DNA of 64,000 nucleotides, taken from contig JBFMFE010000322.1 of assembly GCA_040752295.1 (NCBI GenBank), positions 1,682 through 65,681 of the forward strand, given 5' to 3'. Both the position numbers and the translations under genes were made by a program. Positions 55,950-64,000 of this stretch are shown one piece after another. Position 1 is the first letter of the stretch, and every line of letters begins with the position of its first letter. The notes beneath the pieces were generated by a model. The model did no database searches, was not told the origin of the DNA, and saw only the letters and a list, made by a program, of their open reading frames with translations. This DNA is from a bacterium (lineage in GTDB: Bacteria > UBP15 > UBA6099 > JBFMBQ01).

Positions 55950-57215
55950 TCAGTCCCCGAATTTCTCTTTGACCGCCCTGAACGACGCGTCCGCTGCTTC
56001 AAGTGTGATCTCCACGTCTTTTTCGGTGTGCGCCGTGGAGACGAACCAGTTGTGGTGCGGGTGGACGAAAATCCCGCGCCTGTTCATTTCCGCGCAGAAC
56101 GCCTGGTTGCGGAACAGGTCGTTGTCGTTCGTGAACCTCGCGTACGGCATGGTGGGGTTTCCCGAGAGGGCGAACGTCAGCCCGCGCTCCTTCGCCAGTC
56201 CTTCAAGCCCTTCCCACAGGAGCTTTCCGATGCGGTACATCGTCTCGACGCCGTCGTTCTCCTTCAGTTCCTTTATGGTCGCCATTGACGCCGCCATCGG
56301 GACGGAGCTGAACCAGTAGCTCCCGGTGGCGAACACCTTCGACGCCGCGTTTTTGAACTCTTTTCTCCCGAGGCAGGCGGAGAGCGGGTAGCCGTTGGCG
56401 AGCGCCTTGCAGTGCACCGAGAGGTCGGGGCGGAACCTGAAGAGTTCCTGCGAACCCTGCAGGTGGAGGCGGTAGCACGTGCGCACGTCGTCGAGTATCA
56501 GCACGATCCCCTTGCGGTTGCACACCGCCTGGACTTCCGTCCAGAACCCCGTCTGCGGCAGCACGCTGTCGCTCCAGTTGGGAAAATGGTACGGCGTCAT
56601 GATCGCGCCCGCGATCTGTCCTTCGTGTTCGTCCACCAGTTTTTTGAACGTCACGATGTCGTTCCACTTGAATGTGAGGATGTTCTCGCGGTCGCCGGGG
56701 ACGAGTCCGGCGTGTCCGGGCGTGCACCATGCGTGCGCGCCGTGGTACGTCCCCTCGACCATGATTATCTTCCGCCTGCCCGTGTGCGCCCGCGCGACCT
56801 GAAGCGCCCAGGTGGTCATGTCGGAACCGTTTTTCGCGAACAGCGCCCAGTCCGCGAACGGGATCAGCTCCACGAGGAACTCAGCAAGTTCCACCATGAT
56901 CCCGCCCGGGACGCTGGCGCAGTCGCCGAGCTTCCTCTGTTTTTCCGCCGCCTCCTCGACGCGCGGGTTGTTGTATCCCACCACCATGGGTCCGTACGCG
57001 CACAACCAGTCTATGAACTCGTTTCCGTCCACGTCGCGGAATCGCGCGCCCTGCGCGCTCGCTGCGTAGTACGGGGTCGCTCCCGGCGTCCTGATGATCG
57101 GCGACAGGTGCCCGTAGATTCCCCCGGGAATGACCCGCGCGGCTCTCTCGAAAAGAGCCATGGATTTATCGAACGCGCACTTTCCGCCGCCGCCTCTTTC
57201 TTCTCCGTCGCTCAT
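55950..57215 (-). CDS. class-III (PLP-dependent) aminotransferase, glutamate-1-semialdehyde aminomutase-like
   Basis: FERAARVIPGG..., GTYHGAHAW and the lysine context DLSVHCKALANGYPLSA parallel the HemL/AT-III active-site region. Confidence 0.8.
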   Translation of the reverse strand: MSDGEERGGGGKCAFDKSMALFERAARVIPGGIYGHLSPIIRTPGATPYYAASAQGARFRDVDGNEFIDWLCAYGPMVVGYNNPRVEEAAEKQRKLGDCASVPGGIMVELAEFLVELIPFADWALFAKNGSDMTTWALQVARAHTGRRKIIMVEGTYHGAHAWCTPGHAGLVPGDRENILTFKWNDIVTFKKLVDEHEGQIAGAIMTPYHFPNWSDSVLPQTGFWTEVQAVCNRKGIVLILDDVRTCYRLHLQGSQELFRFRPDLSVHCKALANGYPLSACLGRKEFKNAASKVFATGSYWFSSVPMAASMATIKELKENDGVETMYRIGKLLWEGLEGLAKERGLTFALSGNPTMPYARFTNDNDLFRNQAFCAEMNRRGIFVHPHHNWFVSTAHTEKDVEITLEAADASFRAVKEKFGD

Positions 57216-57218
57216 TGT

Positions 57219-57977
57219 TCACTCCATGTATTCGCCGAGCCTGTCGAGCGCCGCGTTCAGCGTGTCTATCAGCGGTATGTAACCCTCCAGGCGGATCGAG
57301 CCGTTACCGAGCGCGGCGTACGCGTCGAGTCCGCCGAGCGCGAGTTCGTGGAGAACCCCGGCGTCGGCGAACTTCATGTAACAGTTCGCCCTCTCGGCGC
57401 GCCCGGTCCGCGCCTCGAGCCGCCCGTCGCTCAGTACAACGTGCGTCGCCGGACCGTCGGGGAGCACCTCGAACTGGGCGACACCGTTCCGCGCCTTCAC
57501 GACGAGGGGGCTGACCTCCGGATCGTTTTCCCCCACCGCCTTTATCCCCCTCGTCATCGCGTAAAGGGTCATCCTGACGTGGAGCTTGAACGTTTTCGCG
57601 TCCTTCAGCATTTCCTCCGTCGGGCGCATCACCTGCTCGAGCCGTTTCGCAAGCCGGGAAAACCCCCTCAATGCCCCGACGTTCCAGAAGCCCGTCCACA
57701 GCACCGGGAGACCCTTTCCTCTGAACATCGCGTTCAGCTTGCCGTGCGAGGGAAACCAGAAACCGACGCTGGGAAAACGCCCCTTTCCGGCGACCGCCGT
57801 GGCTTTGCCGTCGCGGAACTGGATGAACGCGGCGGGTCCGCCCCGAACGGCGAACCGGAAGCTGCACCGCCACCCGCGCGCGATCGCGCCCGCCTCGGCG
57901 TCCCCGCTCACGAGTTCCCCGATGAGCGGAAGCACGGCGTGAAGATTGATGTGCGCCAGCGTCTTCTCGTCCTTCAT
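57219..57977 (-). CDS. hypothetical protein (possible SCP2-like fold)
   Basis: 252 aa, 4-nt overlap with the aminotransferase start. The C-terminal ...LGGLDAYAALGNGSIRLEGYIPLIDTLNAA faintly resembles sterol-carrier-type domains. Confidence 0.45.
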   Translation of the reverse strand: MKDEKTLAHINLHAVLPLIGELVSGDAEAGAIARGWRCSFRFAVRGGPAAFIQFRDGKATAVAGKGRFPSVGFWFPSHGKLNAMFRGKGLPVLWTGFWNVGALRGFSRLAKRLEQVMRPTEEMLKDAKTFKLHVRMTLYAMTRGIKAVGENDPEVSPLVVKARNGVAQFEVLPDGPATHVVLSDGRLEARTGRAERANCYMKFADAGVLHELALGGLDAYAALGNGSIRLEGYIPLIDTLNAALDRLGEYME

Positions 57978-58106
57978 GACGTTCAGGGCGCTATTATAGG
58001 CTGATGCAGGCTTTTTTGCACGCGTATGATACGCAGGACCGCCACGCGCGCGAAGTATCGCCCGGCTTCCCGAAACCCGAATCCGTTGCGTTTCGGAGCC
58101 GGGCGT

Positions 58107-58754
58107 TCATGCTTTCCCGACCCTTATGTCCACGTTCTGCGGGTTCTTGCAGCCCCTGAGAGTCGTCACCATCCCCCTGACGGTGTTCCCGATGAACGCC
58201 TTGACGAACGGCTTCAGGTTTATCGTCTTTCCGTTGACCCGGAGCCGGACCTCGTTTTTCATCTCCGGCACGGGGAACCTTTCGTTGATGAATCCGGCGA
58301 GCCTGGCGGTCTCCTTTCTTCCGAAGACGGGCGCGCCGGTTGCGACTTTCCCGTCGGATACCACGGCGATAAGCTCTCCTTCCCCCGCTTCCGGCGCCGC
58401 TCCCTTCGCGTCGCGTATGATCTCGATCTTGGGCGTGTCCGCGCTCCTGTACCCCTCGGTCAGTATGATGTCGGCGCCCGCGAAGTACCATGACGCTACC
58501 TCGCCGGGTGAGAGTTCCTTCCCGGTTTTCCTGAAAAAAGCGAGGTGTGTCGGCGAGGCGACACAGACCTCGTCGGCGCCCGCCTCGGCGTGTCGCCAGC
58601 TGTCTTTGCCTTCCACGTCGAAACCGCCCTCGTGCGCGTGGTGTTTGATTGTGCCCGCGGTCCTTCCGAGCTTTGCGAGTTCTTTGATCAGCGCCGTTAT
58701 GAGTTCGGTCTTGCCCGAACCGGGGGCGCCGATTATCGAAACAAGCGGAATCAT
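58107..58754 (-). CDS. MobB-like P-loop NTPase (molybdopterin-guanine dinucleotide biosynthesis adapter family) with C-terminal extension
   Basis: MIPLVSIIGAPGSGKTELITALIKEL compares with MobB MIPLLGFAGWSGSGKTTLL. The Walker A motif is intact. Confidence 0.65.
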   Translation of the reverse strand: MIPLVSIIGAPGSGKTELITALIKELAKLGRTAGTIKHHAHEGGFDVEGKDSWRHAEAGADEVCVASPTHLAFFRKTGKELSPGEVASWYFAGADIILTEGYRSADTPKIEIIRDAKGAAPEAGEGELIAVVSDGKVATGAPVFGRKETARLAGFINERFPVPEMKNEVRLRVNGKTINLKPFVKAFIGNTVRGMVTTLRGCKNPQNVDIRVGKA

Positions 58755-58857
58755 GCGCGATCACTCCTCAAGGGGCTATTTTAACCGGGGCGGGCGTCCA
58801 ATCAAACCGCCCGACGCCGCGGCGGCGGCTTCCAATCGCGGCGGGGTTCCCGATGGA

Positions 58858-59841
58858 TCATCGCGGCGCCCGGGCGTATTCGAACGGAAGTGAGCCTTTT
58901 ATCCCCCCGACCGCTTTGTCCACGATGATAACGACCCTGCATTCCTTAAGCTCCTTGCTGTGGTTCTCCTTCATCTTCCGCGCCGTTTCCTTGTTGACAA
59001 CGAGGTTGGTTTTCAGCTTCCCTTCCGCCCGGACGCCTCCGAGGAGGACCCGGGCGGCGAAGGCGGTTCGCGGTGCGATAAGCAGGCAGAGGGGGTCGAG
59101 CCGTTCCCGAGGGTTCAGTCCCGTGCTTTCTTCCACCGTGACGTACGTTGCCACGCCGTTTTTCACCGCCGCTTTAAGGTCCGCCGCCACGATGTCGTGC
59201 ACCGTTTCCCCCTCCTCGCTCACGATTCGCGGAAGGAGAGCCGGAATCAGCCCGGTTCCCCGCGCGTCGAGCAGCGCTCCGTCGTACGCCCCGCTCCACA
59301 ACTGCTCGACGAGAGTCCCTTTTTCGCCCGCGGGTTCCTCGCCGCCGCCCGTTTCTTCATTTTCAATCCCGTCCGCGCCGGGCGGCTTCCTTCCCGTTTC
59401 CTCCTCGATGAAGATGCTCCCCAGCCCCTTAACGCCTTTGAGCGGGACTTCCATTTCGACCCACGCGACCCGTCTTCCGTCCAGTTCTTCCTCGCCGGCG
59501 CCTGTTTCCCTCGCGCCCTGAATGAAGGCGCGTACCTTTCTCTTCAAACCCGCGTAGTCTTTCACCCTTCGCTCGTCGTTGACCGGGATTCCTTCCACCG
59601 CCGGGGGGATCGCGCCCATGGCTCGGACCCTTGCGGCGCGCGCGGTCGCGCCCGTGCCGTGCGCGCGCACGGCGCCGTCGGTCCAGTTCACCACCGCGTA
59701 GGTCCCCAGGTCGAAGCCTGTCCTTTCGACCCTCGCTTCGTATCGAAGCGCCTGCTGCGCGACGCTCGCGGCGAGTCCCGCGGCGGAGACCGCAATGAAA
59801 GCGAGCAGAAACCTTCTCATCGCGTGCGCAGCTTTTCCCAT
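58858..59841 (-). CDS. secreted hypothetical protein
   Basis: Signal peptide MRRFLLAFIAVSAAGLAASVAQQ, so the start is possibly at 59820. Acidic Gly/Glu-rich middle segment. Confidence 0.5.
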   Translation of the reverse strand: MGKAAHAMRRFLLAFIAVSAAGLAASVAQQALRYEARVERTGFDLGTYAVVNWTDGAVRAHGTGATARAARVRAMGAIPPAVEGIPVNDERRVKDYAGLKRKVRAFIQGARETGAGEEELDGRRVAWVEMEVPLKGVKGLGSIFIEEETGRKPPGADGIENEETGGGEEPAGEKGTLVEQLWSGAYDGALLDARGTGLIPALLPRIVSEEGETVHDIVAADLKAAVKNGVATYVTVEESTGLNPRERLDPLCLLIAPRTAFAARVLLGGVRAEGKLKTNLVVNKETARKMKENHSKELKECRVVIIVDKAVGGIKGSLPFEYARAPR

Positions 59842-59866
59842 GAGTTAAGGAGGGCGCCGCGGCGGT

Positions 59867-61051
59867 TCACTTCACCTGTGTCTCGACCAGGCTGCCCGAG
59901 AAACCCGTGATTTCGAGCTTGAACCTTCCGAGGTCGAGTTCGGAGAGCTTTTCCGCGAAAACCTCGGGGCTGAACTCGGATTCGGCTTCGAGCGTGGACA
60001 GTCCGCCCGACTCGAACCCGCGCTGCACGACGCCACGCGTTCCCCTCATTCCCGCAACGGCGTCCTTGATCTTTTTGAATTGAATGAAATCCGCGCCGGA
60101 GACTTTGATCAGTATGACGTTTCTTGCTTCGCCCCCTTCGCCCGCCATGATTCCGACGAGCGAGCGCACGAGCTTCTCGCCGGCGGACTGTATGGCGCGC
60201 TTGCTGCCGATGTCGTCCGAAATGCCGATCCCGGGTGCGATCGCCTGGTCGTCGGCGAGGATGACGCCCGTGGTGACGTTCACCACCCTCGCCGTGAGCG
60301 CGGCGGTGCACGAGGAAAGCCCTTCGTCTTCCTCCTCGTCGTAGGGGTTGATGTCGCTCGTGCACTCCTCGACCGCGGCTTCGCCGATTATGAGGAACTC
60401 CGAGTCGTAGCGCTGGGCGACGAGCTGCGCCGAGCGTTCGTTCCCCCGCACCGCCTCGCGCGCCATGTCGCGCTCCTGAATCCGCTCGATCGCCGTTGAA
60501 TCCAGCGGATTGGTAAAGCAGGATTCCTTGAGGCGCTTGACGATCTCGGATTCGGCGAACGGACGTTCGCTGCGCCTCCCGAGGACCGTCTCGCTCATCA
60601 GCACCATCACCCGCGGCTTGTGCCACCGCTCCTGCAGAAAGCAGAGACTCCCCATCTTCTTTATGATTTCCCTCACGGCGTCCACCGGCAGGGTCTCCGC
60701 CCTGATGACAGTTTTGTAAAGGGTTCCCGTCTGCTCCTCGCCGGTGATCTCGTAGCTTTTCACGAATCCCTCGGCGCGGGCGTACACCTCGTCCAGCGCT
60801 TCCTCCAGACCTTCCACCACGGTTGTGGATTCTATGTAGGTCCCCACGCCCTGCTCGACGGCTTTCCTCTTCGCGTCCTCGAGCGCCTCATCCCGCGCAG
60901 CGGCAGTGTCTCCGCCCCGTATCGTCGCGACGCCCTCCACTTCCACTGTGACCGCCTCCTCCGCCGCTGAAGTGGCGCCGCGGAGTGTTCCGGCGGCGAC
61001 GATCAGGACGAGAACGGCGGCGATGGTCAGCGCGTAATCGTGTCTTTTCAT
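59867..61051 (-). CDS. secreted hypothetical protein (N-terminal domain with LPP20/FlgP-like AxxAAxxDAxRKAVEQ pattern)
   Basis: Signal peptide ALTIAAVLVLIVAAGTLRG. VEGVATIRGGDTAAARDEALEDAKRKAVEQGVGTYIES resembles the LPP20/FlgP lipoprotein family motif. The rest is acidic. Confidence 0.5.
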   Translation of the reverse strand: MKRHDYALTIAAVLVLIVAAGTLRGATSAAEEAVTVEVEGVATIRGGDTAAARDEALEDAKRKAVEQGVGTYIESTTVVEGLEEALDEVYARAEGFVKSYEITGEEQTGTLYKTVIRAETLPVDAVREIIKKMGSLCFLQERWHKPRVMVLMSETVLGRRSERPFAESEIVKRLKESCFTNPLDSTAIERIQERDMAREAVRGNERSAQLVAQRYDSEFLIIGEAAVEECTSDINPYDEEEDEGLSSCTAALTARVVNVTTGVILADDQAIAPGIGISDDIGSKRAIQSAGEKLVRSLVGIMAGEGGEARNVILIKVSGADFIQFKKIKDAVAGMRGTRGVVQRGFESGGLSTLEAESEFSPEVFAEKLSELDLGRFKLEITGFSGSLVETQVK

Positions 61052-61307
61052 TCCATCCCCCCGCTTTTTCCGGGCAAACCCCTGCCCGGTCTTTTTACTT
61101 CCCGTAATATACTTTCGGTTCCGCCTCCGCCTTTTAACCCTTTCCCTGCCCCCAAACTCCCGGACGTTATCGAATGTTTTCAGGGCATTTTATACGCGGA
61201 ACGCCGTCCGTTCAAGGCGCAGCCGGGGCGTCGGCGGTTCAGCGAAGCGCGCGGAACGGCGTATGTTATTGCCGAGATTTGTGAGAACGGGTTAATATAA
61301 CCGCAGC

Positions 61308-63884
61308 ATGAGTCGCGAAACGGGCGCGCGGAGGCGAAAAGCGGTTTTTGAAGCAGATTCCATCCGCGTCGCGGCAGACGCGGGAGCGGAGGGATTGTTC
61401 GTCTTTCAGGTCAGGCGCCGCGGATGGCATGACGTCGTGATGTTTGACGCGGGCGCGCGCGGCGGTGAACGCGGCGCGCCGGGCGCGGTGTTGGAGGCAG
61501 GCTCGTCGTGTGGCGCGATCCCCTTGAAGCTTGAGAAAGTCCACAGGGAGGGCAAGGACGCGAGGATAGTCTTCACGGGTAACCGGAGGGGCATCGCCGT
61601 AACGCAGGAGTTGATGCTCAGAAGGGGCTGGAAGTGGATCGAGGTCAACTCCTCGTGCAGCTTCGAAAAGGACGCCCTGCTCAGGTCGTTTTTCTCCAAT
61701 TTTCTTTTCGTGCCGGGCGGCGGGGTTTACAGCGACTACGCGCCTCTCAAATACTGCTGGATTCCCAACATAAGAAAGACACGGCGGCACGTTTCTCCGG
61801 ACCAGGTGTTCCGCTCTCCTGCGGTGATACTGTGTACGGAAAAATTCTCCGTTTCGCTCGTCCCCGACCTGGATCATCTCGGGCGCCGCCGCCCGATGGA
61901 GACTTGTCTCGACCTGCGCCTCGCCGGACTCGGCGGGGACGACGAGGCGCCTGCGCTGGGGTTCGGTTTCAGGAGGTACCGCCCCGACGGTCACACCTAC
62001 TTCGCCCCCACGGGACAGGGTGCCCGTGTCGGCGCCGGAGAGGAGCGCAGGCTGCGGTTTTTCCTGTACGCTGCTGCGAGCGGTCCCGAGGACGCCCTGC
62101 GGGAGACGCTCGGGTTCACGTGGCGGAGATGGGGGAGGGCGCACATGGGCGGCGTCGAGCCTCAGACGGTTCCCTTCGAGCGCTGCGCGGAATACGGCGC
62201 GGACTTCGCGGTTCGTCGCGGCAGGATATGGCGCGACTTCGAGTTCGACGGGACGCCGTGCGGCGGCACCCTCGCGTTCCATTTCCCGGGAAAGCGTTAT
62301 CCGAAGACGATGGACGCGGCGCAGACGCGCCGGTTCTTCCGGTTGAGCGGGGCGCGGGACCGTGTGTTCCGGTTTTCGGTCGAAAGGTTGATGCCCCTGC
62401 CCGCGATGAACGACGTGCTGGAGGAGTTCATATACAACACGCGGATGAGCGTTCCGCCGGTGATACTGTTCCAGGCATGGTTCAACAACCTCAGGACCGC
62501 CTGCGGGCTTTACCGGTTCGGCAGGCGGTGGGGCGACGCGCGGCTTGTTGAGCGTGCGCGGCTGATTCGCAGCCTCGCGCTCGCCGCCCCGGCGTGGAAG
62601 GGCTTGTTCGCGACCGTCTGCTGCGCCGCGCGCGACGGCGTCTTCTGGTACGAGGGAACGAGGGGGTTCCGCCCAACGACAGAGTACCACCTCCCCGACA
62701 ACGCGTGGACCGGATGCTGGATGTTGAGGTGGCACCGCGAGCTTGAGCGCGACGCCCGCCTCGTGAGGCGCTGCGCGGACCTGGGCGACGCCCTCCTCGG
62801 GATGCAGAAGGATGATGGCTCCATCCCCTCGTGGGTTCGTGTGCGCGGCGGAAAGCTCACTCCTTCCCCCCTACTCGAGAGAAGCGCGCAGACCGCCGCG
62901 CCGGCGATGTTTCTGGCGCGCCTCTCCTCCGTCACCGGCGTTAAGAAGTACCTTCAAGCGGCGGTCCGCGCGGGGGACTTTCTCCGCCGCGAAGTCATAC
63001 CCGGCGACAGATGGTTCGACTTCGAGACGTTCTTTTCGTGCTCCAAGAAGTCTCTCGACATGACGGACGCATACTTTCCCATTCCGCCGCAGAACAACCT
63101 GTGTCTTTTCTGGGCGGCGGAACTCTTCCGTGAGCTGTACGGAGCGACGGGCGACGCCGGCTGTCTTCGCACCGGCAGGAACCTCCTCGACAGGCTCTGT
63201 CTCTACCAGCAGGTCTGGAACGCGCCCCACCTCGATATCAACACGTTCGGCGGCTTCGGGGTGATGAACACGGACGCCGAGTGGAACGACGCGCGCCAGA
63301 GCATGTTCGCGGAGACACTGATGGATTATTATGCGGCGACCGGCGTGAGGGAATATTTCGAGCGCGGGATCGCCGCGCTCCGCGCCTCGTTCACGCTGAT
63401 GCTGATTCCAGAGAACCGCGGCGCGGCACCGGGAAACCTGACGACTTTTCTGGCGAAGGACGCCGGGGCGACCTTCGAGAACTACGCGCACCACGGCTTC
63501 GACCGACGCGTCGTCGGCTACATAATGCACGACTGGGGGACCGGCGGCGCAATGACGTCGGCGGCGCGTACACTCGACCGCTTCGGCGATTTCCTCATTA
63601 ACGTCCGCAGAAAGCACGCCTTTGGCATCAATTTCTGCACCCTTGGCGGGCTTCGCGTCGCCAACGGCACGATCGGGTTCGAAATCGAATCTCCTTCGCT
63701 CCATGGAAGGGAGTGGAGGGGGAAACTGATCGGGGTTCCTCCGGGGAAGTGGGACGTGGTCGTGAACGGTCGCAGGGCGGCGCGGTTCGACGCCAGGACC
63801 GGTTCGAGATGGCTGAGATTCAGGATAGGCGGTGAGGGCGCCCCTGGACCGGCTCTCCGCGCCCCCGCCGCTCGGATGACCTGA
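61308..63884 (+). CDS. large hypothetical protein (858 aa), possibly (alpha/alpha)6-barrel glycoside-hydrolase-like
   Basis: Protein-like composition with many Trp/Tyr and conserved-looking acidic residues (WNDARQSMFAETLMDYY; HDWGTGGAM). No confident family assignment. Confidence 0.5.
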   Translation: MSRETGARRRKAVFEADSIRVAADAGAEGLFVFQVRRRGWHDVVMFDAGARGGERGAPGAVLEAGSSCGAIPLKLEKVHREGKDARIVFTGNRRGIAVTQELMLRRGWKWIEVNSSCSFEKDALLRSFFSNFLFVPGGGVYSDYAPLKYCWIPNIRKTRRHVSPDQVFRSPAVILCTEKFSVSLVPDLDHLGRRRPMETCLDLRLAGLGGDDEAPALGFGFRRYRPDGHTYFAPTGQGARVGAGEERRLRFFLYAAASGPEDALRETLGFTWRRWGRAHMGGVEPQTVPFERCAEYGADFAVRRGRIWRDFEFDGTPCGGTLAFHFPGKRYPKTMDAAQTRRFFRLSGARDRVFRFSVERLMPLPAMNDVLEEFIYNTRMSVPPVILFQAWFNNLRTACGLYRFGRRWGDARLVERARLIRSLALAAPAWKGLFATVCCAARDGVFWYEGTRGFRPTTEYHLPDNAWTGCWMLRWHRELERDARLVRRCADLGDALLGMQKDDGSIPSWVRVRGGKLTPSPLLERSAQTAAPAMFLARLSSVTGVKKYLQAAVRAGDFLRREVIPGDRWFDFETFFSCSKKSLDMTDAYFPIPPQNNLCLFWAAELFRELYGATGDAGCLRTGRNLLDRLCLYQQVWNAPHLDINTFGGFGVMNTDAEWNDARQSMFAETLMDYYAATGVREYFERGIAALRASFTLMLIPENRGAAPGNLTTFLAKDAGATFENYAHHGFDRRVVGYIMHDWGTGGAMTSAARTLDRFGDFLINVRRKHAFGINFCTLGGLRVANGTIGFEIESPSLHGREWRGKLIGVPPGKWDVVVNGRRAARFDARTGSRWLRFRIGGEGAPGPALRAPAARMT

Positions 63885-64000
63885 GTTCGACCTTACGCGC
63901 CGGAATCGGTTCTTTGTGAGGAATAAGGGACGAGGGCGTTGCAGCCGTTCGGGCGGGGATGTATGATACAGTGACTCTCGTTCCATGTCATTCATCGAAG

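Noticed and set aside
61266-62735. 489-aa minus-strand ORF inside the 858-aa hypothetical
   Set aside because: The plus-strand frame has far more protein-like composition (Trp/Tyr/Phe-rich, balanced charges). The minus frame is Arg/Pro-dominated.
1-64000. Search for CRISPR arrays, tRNA/rRNA genes, integrases, transposases, toxin-antitoxin pairs and prophage hallmarks
   Set aside because: No direct-repeat/spacer arrays, no tRNA-like GTTCGAATCC T-arm contexts, and no recombinase or transposase motifs were seen. The window looks like core chromosome, with the only repeats being the two palindromic elements reported above.

Overview
This is a GC-rich bacterial chromosomal segment, roughly two-thirds G+C judged by eye and not computed. 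It is densely coding: about 55 protein-coding genes with short intergenic gaps. I found no rRNA, tRNA, CRISPR array, integrase or transposase. Many long ORFs in the six-frame track are antisense artefacts of the GC bias and were discarded.

Recognisable content, left to right:
- hldA/hldC ADP-heptose genes.
- A DUF58 and BatA-like VWA pair with no adjacent MoxR ATPase.
- An HgdC/BadF-type activase ATPase with a cysteine-rich partner.
- A cyclase-family hydrolase, a PmbA/TldD peptidase and a secreted beta-propeller protein.
- A 4-hydroxybutyryl-CoA dehydratase (AbfD) cluster with a FabK/NMO-like flavoenzyme, Hbd, a detached extra 3HCDH C-terminal domain ORF, and thiolase.
- RarA, an M23 peptidase and a PhnD-like binding protein.
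- A plus-strand block of FadL-like outer-membrane protein, GPH-family MFS transporter and a 2365-aa secreted S8 subtilase. The subtilase is a mosaic with PQQ propeller, Ig-like arrays, FN3 and NHL repeats. It is followed by a divergent flagellin gene that carries a sigma-28-type promoter and a CsrA-type GGA hairpin in its leader.
- An orphan permuted DNA methyltransferase and an HD-GYP phosphodiesterase.
- UDP-xylose synthase, DedA and a GT-C-like membrane protein.
- A ClC channel, three secreted hypotheticals and a dGTPase.
- An eight-gene minus-strand operon encoding a DapA/NanA-family lyase, TctABC, a BNR sialidase-like protein, a secreted hypothetical, a permease and CorC. It looks like an uptake and catabolism locus for a sialic-acid-like keto-sugar acid, built on a tripartite tricarboxylate transporter.
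- A class-III aminotransferase, a MobB-like P-loop protein, two secreted hypotheticals and a large hypothetical that may be an (alpha/alpha)6-type enzyme.

A palindromic repeat element of about 95 bp built from TCGAATGTCGAATATCGAA units occurs twice, both times in promoter-proximal intergenic DNA. Shorter copies of its core occur at two further sites.
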